Shown: positions 11,901 through 19,000 of the stretch, piece after piece
Layout of the letters: each line of letters begins with the position of its first letter
Position numbering within the stretch: position 1 is the first letter of the stretch
Origin: Chrysochromulina tobinii
Lineage: Eukaryota
DNA: 43,825 nucleotides
NCBI GenBank assembly: GCA_001275005.1
Contig: JWZX01002079.1
Location: 1-43,825, forward strand
Direction of reading: 5' to 3'
Translations under genes and position numbers: made by a program
Notes under the pieces: model-generated
What the model saw: only the letters and a program-made list of their open reading frames with translations
Databases searched by the model: none
What the model was told of the DNA's origin: nothing

Positions 11901-13252
11901 TGTTCTGGGCCTTGGCCTCGGACTCTTCCTCAATCGTGTCCAATTACTTACTATCTTACCAAGCGTGTGTGGGCCAGGAGGGCGTGGTCCTCTCAGACAG
12001 CGTCGAGAGCGGAAGCGTCTTCCCCCCTTACAAAGTGGGCTTCCCCGACGGCAAGCATTGGTGGTTCTCAAAGGAGGAGCTCCAGCTCAAGCAGACGAGT
12101 CCGCAAGCTGATCCGCAGCTTGCGGGCAGCGGTGGCGCCGGCGCTTCTGAGCATCGAAGGCCAATTGGAGCGACGCTGCTCGAATGCATCTCGTCATCTT
12201 CGCAGGCTGGTGCCGCGAATGCGGCCGACGCAAGCGGCGGCGGGGACGAGGTTGGTAGCAGCGGCCATGGTGGCGATCAGCCTGCGCCCGCGTCCGCGCC
12301 CGCCGCGCCCGCTGCGACGAGATTCGGGACGAATAATCCGTTTGATCAGCCGTTCGCGACGGCGCAGGATGCAGCCCCCTCGGATGTTCGCGTCATGATG
12401 TCGCAATTGTACTTCGGCAAATTCGACGCCGGTGCGGCTATGGTCACATTCGACCCCAACCAAATCAGGCTAGACATCGGCCTTGACAACGGTCTCGTGT
12501 ATCTCAACGTCTCAAAGTTGAGCGAGTTCGAGGTCGACAAGGAGCTCGGTACGCTGTGCATGTGGGGCTTTTGGGGAGATGATTGCAGATCCCTGACTGG
12601 GAAGCTCAAAGACGCCTACCAACCCTTACCAGCTTCAAGATACGTTCCAGAGTCGTCCATCTTCATGCAGTACGATAAGGGACAGTTCCCTCGCGCAGGC
12701 TGGCCTTCGGAAATACTGAAGCTCAACTCGAAGTTTGGGGACGTCATCAAGTTCACCAGTGGTCACAAGGGCCGTGAGAATCGGATGTGGTACACGTCAG
12801 CACCAGGAACAGCACCACCTGCTAGCGCAGGTTCGTCAGGCTCGTCAGGCTCGTCAGGCACAGCCCCATCCGCAAGCGCATCAAGTGTCTCGCGCGCCTC
12901 ACACACGGAGCTCGTGCGCGCGGTAAACTTACGCAAGGCCGCCGGGCTGATGCAGAAGCAGCTTGCAGCCGCCGTAGGGACGTCTGATGCAATTCTCTCG
13001 TGTTGGATGCACGGGAAGCTGCAGCCAATTACTGAGGGCATCGTGGATGCCAAAGTCGCAGGCTTTCTTGCCGTCGCAGCGGGAGCTGCAGCCGCAGCGG
13101 GAGCCGTCGCAGCCGCAGCGTCCGCAGCGTCCGCAGCTCAAGAACTCAAGAACTTGAAGCGCCCAGCGCCAGCACTACCGGCTGCGCCCCGAAAGAAGGC
13201 CAAGGCAACGCCCAAGCCAGAGGATGTGGTCATCGACTTGGACTCGGACTGA
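5954..13252 (+). CDS. FHA / coiled-coil / acidic / SAM-like / SLIP-GC-type dynamin-like GTPase / SH3-like barrel / XRE-like HTH mosaic protein (~2432 aa)
   Basis: FHA motifs (TIGR...SRQHA...DLSLNG...LREGSTIIFG). D/E tracts, GKG repeats, a CxCxxC...H segment and SAM-like segments. GTPase motifs GGTGAGKS, LPTSCMRACT, DVPG and SQSD. HTH-like LRKAAGLMQKQLAAAVGTSDAILSCWMHGK. C-terminal KRP...RKKAK and VVIDLDSD. One uninterrupted ORF; in-frame introns are not excluded. Confidence 0.82.
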   Translation: MQSCFLELFNPSAAKPGLPAVIVIPANGEVTIGREGTAVLDPGFGAHAEEWKKALLSRQHARLTNFGTPQITDLSLNGCEVDGASLAKNVPTELREGSTIIFGTRGPPKKPEYVEALAKRSWIHSHCKYVFHIGPPPPSHEAPPAAAAAASTPLPSTQASNSQRDAEEVAECERDRQPFVSPQTAFAGAAATPSVPPATMPAEEAEMHTEQVMDVDADDAAADAAADAAADMALGDSPEARALAVACGLRVSVAAHASAEELEAAVNAVGRGLKTLEVELSAEKAAAAEELSSLNKALEAASQEAARRGTSTGEARARWRATVGASLLRGAHEPAVEASLRVARDVQQAACTLLAVRSDTLLALHQARLAQLQKRVGALLYADRRLEERAHDDYSERLESGVSAFQETLEKPDDFDCDECRYERRNYGYRGRFSGRYYDDDDDDDDDYDDDNDCDCWMASNSYACVDELITTATTILGEIKMAFHDGEDEEDEDEEDEEDEEDEEGEEDEEGEGGEEGEGEEEDERSVARKQAKQARRATRMADRPLRAAIRLFIFTAGLDEAIREVSSELEDSSSLRTKSRFCVVIKALGELWSEVVLELPREPRVYLRPWFSHIPVAGSSEGRGGGGKGAGKGGFGKGAGKGAGKGGVGKGAGKGGGKGGGKGGGTGGVSDDGGALGKGGRLSGGLPEPLSDALAACSSEIEECLRVADHSGSTSQAPVGAKSITKLEGLFKEQLVPQVRLPWRHPEFRRILDGVPADGDALNEPRAASKARLLKLKQLAAAADESEREQYFVQMGHLADHLGMAHEAAEAFFARGAPQSAMMRLASATGSFASWSKKGSSPVTLALRTADFRSLAPLAPALPELLVKMTPSETVLQDAVVAGLGSASLLAPGGVRKTSPAELVQILGLCLRSPALQLTPAAVEQCLMAIASKPELFPRLTDALETWRITGSRAASDGKWMAPLGPHRWAAIILAAIRALASKLHTGKLTFGADANILTSSYTLLGLIDAATDASGSSSYRNQLTSLVIDAKLLSGKLAFGADVYLLSIKEKYGTLTPDERLAPWFRRLLGAAIEEANRNVPAAPAPLPLEPASLPPLKGYAIQVELGTQSSLGSVIACGCSPCKAAKDFLQSQTEIQKTFNGERCVHGGHLHTVLTAAAKRPKVPADATFRVTVSSKATRVNGKLHVVKDVPGAKSAAELQARASSDRARALQRAEQVRARDVAIASRAVELTKVAALQELEERLVQLLEERTRHAPLDVAGFVKICSALRTGDDDLADASVRELEGGTGAGGATGAGGAGGAGGGGGAEAAAASAAAPASGCTAADADMDEALQDSESIIRWVASFFAPSERSAVAQSVRENEVDDLEVLMSMSHADCAQVLFGKRAAATTAEEARDPEEARERFVPLFWERFVAVRRLWLALQRRKAAAEAATGAGGARAWPVVPVGVPEVVQWLEQCGEHGADSMRDPSRRLNFDEAKMHALHLDGAVLSSLAHDEWMALAQSSLLSASASLAEELWTRLQPCAALSKAMPSRVVDVLPLSSAEPLKVVVCGGTGAGKSTLINALLGCTILPTSCMRACTAAVIEMAWPDAQCAATYEARVALCSAEEWREALISACAAAVAAGRGKSPQVGTHRGAADWSRVTSFYGTASVEITAEALVEPGASEALVETLMGRAAARGLGTQVVLRASDEVEFAKLVQPYVDSSDEAESGALWPLVQRVTLLGPFSLLSCGLCLYDVPGTHDENAARERVMKSVIASAHTVLLTSNIRRACNDKSAKDLLPLALRRLLLERGWVGELAFVASQSDVFNRSELIDNLGLAEDASALDAALARNAFTKLELTKDFTKGVHLAARAAASGVGGLGSSAHWHRVPFKLPVFTVSAVEHSKLNKVGCSAAEDGAQVFTRPEETELPALLCFLRYAALAHHRRAAEAAEAMRATTTECGGVGIPVLDNGFPKVPTVGDKVVVLSASRSSALFWALASDSSSIVSNYLLSYQACVGQEGVVLSDSVESGSVFPPYKVGFPDGKHWWFSKEELQLKQTSPQADPQLAGSGGAGASEHRRPIGATLLECISSSSQAGAANAADASGGGDEVGSSGHGGDQPAPASAPAAPAATRFGTNNPFDQPFATAQDAAPSDVRVMMSQLYFGKFDAGAAMVTFDPNQIRLDIGLDNGLVYLNVSKLSEFEVDKELGTLCMWGFWGDDCRSLTGKLKDAYQPLPASRYVPESSIFMQYDKGQFPRAGWPSEILKLNSKFGDVIKFTSGHKGRENRMWYTSAPGTAPPASAGSSGSSGSSGTAPSASASSVSRASHTELVRAVNLRKAAGLMQKQLAAAVGTSDAILSCWMHGKLQPITEGIVDAKVAGFLAVAAGAAAAAGAVAAAASAASAAQELKNLKRPAPALPAAPRKKAKATPKPEDVVIDLDSD
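7829..7960 (+). repeat. Coding Gly/Lys repeat (GKGA/GKGG)n
   Basis: Repeated GGCAAAGGTGCC / GGCAAGGGCGGC units. Confidence 0.85.
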
Positions 13253-13485
13253 GCGACCCCTCTCGCCCACTGTACAGCCCAACAAAGCCCGGTGCAGTGT
13301 CTGCGCAGCGTTCGGTCGGGTCCGAGGTTGAGACGCGAGAGCAGTGACCAAATTAGAATTAAACTGAGAAGGATACCGTACACACAAAAAGTGATAAGGA
13401 GAGGCAGGCCGAGTAGACAGGCGAAGGCGGCGCTGGGCGGGAGCCGGGGCGTGGCGAGCCGGGAGGCCCAACGATTGTGCGAAGA

Positions 13486-14703
13486 CTACCGCCGGCTCCT
13501 CTCGAGCGCTTCCCTTCCCTTTGCCAGCGCCAGCTCGCCCAGCTCGCCCAGCTTACTCATCAACAGCTCGCCCGCTCGCTGCGCCGCCTCTTTGACGCGT
13601 TGCACACGCTTATAGGCGGCCACGCACTCACTTACGTCACCGTCGCCGCCGATCACGTCGCCGCGGACGAAGGCCACAATGGCCGCAGCGGTGACGGCGG
13701 GCTGCTCGAGATGCGGCGTGTGTCCGCTCGTCTCGACCCACCGGAACGGCGCGCGTGCTGGATCCGCTTCACTAAGCGCCTCGATGAGCTGCGGCACTGC
13801 GCCACTCGGCGGGATGACTGCATCCTGACGCCCCCAAAGGGTCAAGCAGGGTCGCTCGGTCAGGCGCGGCACGTCGGCTGCGATGCCGCCGTACGCGCCA
13901 CCGAGCAGCCAGACGAGCGAGTCCGCCTCCCATTGAGGCCGGCGCAGGTGCAAATTCCCGACACGGATGGCATCCGCGCTCTGGTTCTCCTTGACGCAGT
14001 ACGCCTGCTTCGCGATCGACTCGCGCACCTCGGGTGCACTGAGCACCTTTTGGAGCAGCAGCCGACCGACGGGCGCGGGCACCGCGGGCGGTGCGTCGGT
14101 GAAGAAGCCCGGGTCTAGGTTGACAAACCCGGCAAATGCCGCCGGCTTCGCCTTGTAGCAATCGAGCGCGATGCATGCTCCGAGCGACGCACCTATCCAA
14201 ATAGCCGGGCGACCACCGAGCACGCGCTCGTGGAAGGCAAGCAGCGCGGCGCGCTTGCCCTCAACGCCGACCGTCTTCAGATTGGTCGTGTCGGTGAAGC
14301 CCCAGCCTGGTATGCACGGCGCGTACGCCTCAAGGCCTGCCGCTTCGAGGTATGGCAACAGCCTGCGATACTCGAGCGACGAGATGTCGAAGCCGTGCAG
14401 AAGCAGCAGGGGCGGCTCATCGCCGGTGGCCCTTGCAGTAGTGCAGAGGTAGCTCATTTCAACGGGACCCTTGGCGACAGCCATGTCCGGCAGCACGCTT
14501 GCCGTCCGCAGCGACGCGATCGCAGCGACGGCAGCCTCCTCGGTGATTGCGTCGATGTCCACTTGCGGCACATAGGCCGGCAGGGCCATTTTGTTAGGCT
14601 GGCAGCGTCGACATGTAGGCTGCACGCGCGCTGCCGCGCTCAGTTGGCTCTGAAAGACCGTGCCGACAAAGACCGTGCCGACAAAGATCGTGCCGACCAC
14701 CAT
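13486..14703 (-). CDS. Alpha/beta-fold hydrolase, possibly with an N-terminal targeting extension
   Basis: LLLHGF oxyanion motif, GASLG nucleophile elbow, WGRQD acid, GHTPH catalytic His. The N-terminus has a 15-bp tandem repeat (VGTIF/VGTVF x3). An alternative start at MALPAY is possible. Confidence 0.9.
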   Translation of the reverse strand: MVVGTIFVGTVFVGTVFQSQLSAAARVQPTCRRCQPNKMALPAYVPQVDIDAITEEAAVAAIASLRTASVLPDMAVAKGPVEMSYLCTTARATGDEPPLLLLHGFDISSLEYRRLLPYLEAAGLEAYAPCIPGWGFTDTTNLKTVGVEGKRAALLAFHERVLGGRPAIWIGASLGACIALDCYKAKPAAFAGFVNLDPGFFTDAPPAVPAPVGRLLLQKVLSAPEVRESIAKQAYCVKENQSADAIRVGNLHLRRPQWEADSLVWLLGGAYGGIAADVPRLTERPCLTLWGRQDAVIPPSGAVPQLIEALSEADPARAPFRWVETSGHTPHLEQPAVTAAAIVAFVRGDVIGGDGDVSECVAAYKRVQRVKEAAQRAGELLMSKLGELGELALAKGREALERSRR

Positions 14704-15055
14704 GCGACGAGATCACAATCTCCTTTAAGTCTTTGGGCTTTTTTGTTTACAGCGAAACAAGACACAGTGAAGACCTGCAACCAAATCTCAGACACGCTCT
14801 GGGGAGCGTTAAGCGGGTAAAGGTTAGAGCAACCGGTGATCTCATGTGATCTGCGAAGGTCTTTTGAAAAGGCTCTACACAGCTGTGTTCTGTGTTAACC
14901 CTCTGTTTTCATACAGTAGACAGTAGTGTCTCGAAGGACGGTGTGTCTCGTCTCGCCATACACGACGCCATCCATCGCATACACGACGCCATACACTACT
15001 GTCCATCTAAACCTCCTCGAAGGACGGCTCTGCCACCCTCGGTCAACATAAGTAC

Positions 15056-15688
15056 TTACTGAGGCCGCTGTCGTTTGCTGGGCGGCAGCCCGCCGCTGCT
15101 CCCAAAGTCCGCGCCGGCACCAGCTCCCATCGGTGTCGCGCGTCCGCCGATTCCGCGCTTGGCAGGGGCGGCCGCCTCGGTCGCGTCCATCGCGCCATCA
15201 CCACCGTTCGCAGCCGCTCGAGCAGCCTCAAACGCCTCGCTCAAGTACCAGCCCAGCCGTCGGAGGCGCGCCTGCACGACTGCCCAGAGCGTGGGCGCCT
15301 CATACACGACGCCATCCATGACGTAATAGTAGCGCAGCGTCGTCTCCGCTCCGCTCGGCGCGCGGCGGAGCTTGCGGATCACGTAGAGCGAGTGCGCAGC
15401 TGGGTCAGAGGCCGTAGGCGGCAACTCTTCGAGCCGCGTCTCGTCGAGCTCGAACACGATTCCCGGCAGCCTGGCGAGCTGCTCGCGCGCCACCTCCGGA
15501 GGCAGCCTCGCAGTGCTGCCTTGCATGCGAAGCTGCGCATTGACCGAGGCGCGGTCGAAGAACTGCGAGTTCGCAAAGTAGTCGAGTACGCTGCCGCGGT
15601 TGAGCGCGCCGTTCCACCAGCTGCGGTCCTCCCATGAGACTGTGGTGAGCACGTCGAAGGTGTCGGCCGGGGTCGCAGGGGCGGACAT
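15056..15688 (-). CDS. MED6: Mediator complex subunit 6
   Basis: VSWEDRSWW, VLDYFANSQFFDRASVNAQLRMQ, LYVIRK and YYVMDGVVYEAPTLWAVVQARL match the Med6 pattern. Confidence 0.9.
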   Translation of the reverse strand: MSAPATPADTFDVLTTVSWEDRSWWNGALNRGSVLDYFANSQFFDRASVNAQLRMQGSTARLPPEVAREQLARLPGIVFELDETRLEELPPTASDPAAHSLYVIRKLRRAPSGAETTLRYYYVMDGVVYEAPTLWAVVQARLRRLGWYLSEAFEAARAAANGGDGAMDATEAAAPAKRGIGGRATPMGAGAGADFGSSGGLPPSKRQRPQ

Positions 15689-16018
15689 TCACTGCAGACG
15701 TTCACCTGTATTCACAGCAGAGAAGCTCTGAAATACAACATGTACCCTTTCCGACGTACGGGCGAGTTTTCTCATTCCTGCTTCTCTCTTCCTGCGAAAT
15801 GGGCTGGTTCACATAAGGGAATCCCACGTTTAGAAAAGTTGTTGTCACTCAACTTCGATCGGACAACCTTATGTTGCAGAACACCCAGATAAAATCAGGG
15901 TGTGTTGTATTTAGGAGAAGTGTGAATTAACAGGTCTGCAAGTTTTGACCCCCAACTCCTGCGACAATTACTGCTTTTGCGGCCAGGCACGAAAGACGTA
16001 CTTGGCAGGTCTGCCACA

Positions 16019-19000
16019 ATGCCTCCCCAAAAGACGCCGCGAGCGCTGTCGCCTGCTAGCAAGAGCGGCGGCCTAACACCTCGCAGCGGTGCGAGCAGCG
16101 GCGGCCTAACACCTCGCGGCGGTGCGAGCTCACCACGTGGCCCGCCGCCGGCTGGTTCGGCGTGCAAATCGGCGCGTGGCTCCTCACCAGCCAAGAACGG
16201 CAGCAGCAGCAATGGCAGCAGCACGGCCCGTGGGCCGTCGCAGGCGGCCGACATTTTCGGCGGCGGCAGCAGGCAGCCCGTGCTCAAGGGCCGCACGGCT
16301 GCTGTGCCATCGCCGACCCTTGCAGACGGCAGCAGCAGCGGCGGCGGCGGCGCATCCACCGCGCGCGTGAGGATAGATCCTGTGGCACGCGAGCGTATGA
16401 TAGATCCTTCGGGAGAAGGCGGCGGAGGCGGGTCGTCGTCGTCGGACGCCGCGGCTACTGGGGCCGACCCGAGCAGCGGGCGTGGTCCCCTGTCGGGCCA
16501 GCGACCTGGGCTGCCCGAGCTCGAGCTGCCGCGGCCGATGGTCGCGGCGAAGGCGCTGGTCGTGCGTACGGGCTTCGAGCTCTCGACGCCTAAGCTGGCC
16601 GAGATGGCGGCGGGCACGCCGGTCGAACTGCTCGAGATGCGCCAGCTGCCCGACTACACGGCGCGCGCGCTCATCGCGATCCGCAACGGCCCGCGAGGCT
16701 GGGTCTCGATGTGGTCTCCCAAGGACCGAATCATGCAACTCGTCGAGCTGAGCGGCGGCGGTTTGACCTCCGGCCGGCAGGGCAGCGGGCGCGAGGGCGC
16801 CGCCAACGGCGGCGCGGCACCCAACTCGGGAGGCCGCGAGAATGCATCTCCGGGGCGGCCTGGTGCGAAGGGCGGCCTGGCTGGCGGTGCTCATGGCGGC
16901 GCATCCAAAGGGGAGCCTTCGACGGTGGCGGGGCCGGCGGCCCCGCGCATGCCAACGTACATGATCTCATCGCCCAAGCCACTGCTCGCGCGCACCGAGT
17001 TCGACTTGCAATCCGGCCGCGTGGGAGACCTCGAGCCGGGTACGCGAGTCCACGTACTCGAGTCGCGCCCTCTGCCGGACGGCGGCAGGCGCGTGAGGCT
17101 CTCTCTGGAGGTGAACCCGAGCGTCACGTACGGCTGGGTGACCGCGATCACGAAGAGCGGGCAGGAGAACCTCGCGCCGTATCTCTTCGAGGTGATGACC
17201 CCCAAGCCGCTGCTCGTGCGAAAGGAGTTTGACCTCAAGTCCGAGAAATTGGGCGAGATTGCGCCCGGGACGCTCGTCTTTGTACTCGAGGTACGCGCGG
17301 CGAGCGACGGGTCGCAGCGCACGCACTTTGCGTTCGCGACGGCGTCGGGCGGCATGAGCGCGGGCGGCTGGGTGACCTCGGTGACGAAGGATGGCGCGGA
17401 GAATCTGGCCGTCGCCGCGCGTGGCAAGGCGGCCCTGCGGTCGGCCGCCGGAGGGTCTGCCGCCGCGTCGGGCGTCGATGCGAGCAGTATACAAAAGATC
17501 ATGGACAGTGCGAAGGCGGGTGGGAAGGCCGAGATGGCGGCAGCGGCGGCGATGCTGCTCGCCAAGGTGGCGAGCAAGGGGGCGAAGAAGCCATCCGACG
17601 ATGACGCGAGCGCAGCCGGCGCGGCCGCCGCTCTCGAGGAGGGGAAGAGGCCGACGACGCCGCGGGCGGCGAAGAAGCCCTCGGAGGAGGGGAAGAAGCC
17701 CACGACGCCGCGGGCGGACGGCGGCGGCGGCACGACGCCACGGGCCAGCGGTAGCACCACACCTAAATCTGGCAAGGGCGTCGCACAGCAAGCGCAGGGG
17801 TTGAGCGGTGCCGAGAAGCAGAAGATGGAGGAGGCGGCGCTTCAGGCGAAACGAGAAGAGGTGAAGCGCGCGGTCGCGGATGCAGCCAACGCGCTCGCAA
17901 AGCTCGTCTCCAAAAAGCCTTTTGAGGAGAAGGAGTTTACGTACAAGCGCTTGGAGGCCCACCGGCCCAGTGGCAAGGCGGAGGAGATGCCCTCACGACA
18001 TACTGCCGTGCCGAGCTGCGGGCTGGTGCTCATGTTCAACTGCTACCGTGCGTCCTTCGAGCTGCTGCAGGGCGACCTGTCCTCCCTGCCCGAATCGGAG
18101 GCGCTCGACCTTCGCTCGCTCACCTCGGGGGCCTCCCTCGGCCGGTGCAAGATCGCGCCCGAAAAGGGAACCCCTTTCGTCGACCGCATCGAGTTCCCGA
18201 ATGAGTGGAAGACGGGTGACGAACACGGCCTCGAGCACAATGGGCTTCAAGGGGACGGCTGCCTGCTGGTGAAGATCGAATGGAAGGAGCCCAAAAGCGA
18301 GACCCAATTAGTGCCGCACGCCGCGCTCATCAAGTGCAATCCATGGCTCGCCTATGGGTGTGCCGAGGGAGCGCGCGTGATGATCCGAAAAGCTACTGAT
18401 ACGCAGGGAAAGTGTGCGACGGTGCAGCGCACGCTGCGCGACGATTCGGTCGTCGTGCGCGTGGATGGCACGATCGGCGAGTCGACAGTCGACCCGATGC
18501 CGCTGACGGTCGTGCGCACCTCCAACCCTCGGCACGAGCCAGGGACGCGCCTGCTCTATCTGCACGACGTGAACCTCGTCGATGCGGTCGTGGAGCACTG
18601 GCCCGAGAAGACGATCGACGTCAAGGAGGGCTCCCGCCATAAGCTGCAGGTCCAAGGCGTGGCCAAAACCGGCTGGGTCACGGCTGCCTCCTCCGCGGGT
18701 GAGGAGTTCCTCAAGGGGCCGGAGGACGGCACGCTGACGGCCGATGGCACCCCTCTGCCCGACGATGGCTCGGTCATGCAGGTCAAGGGGAGCAAGGCGC
18801 TCAAGGTGAACGCTGAATGTGGAGAGAGCGCTGAGAAAGCGGCGAAGGCGGCGCAGACGGCGCAGCTCGCGCCACGTTCCTTTGTGCACGTGCACGAGAC
18901 GAAGACACTCGAAGACGGCACCAAACGCTGCTGCATCTCGACGATCGCCGAGCAGGGCACAGTGCTCACCGCGGCTCTCAACGAGTTCAACCACGCGATG

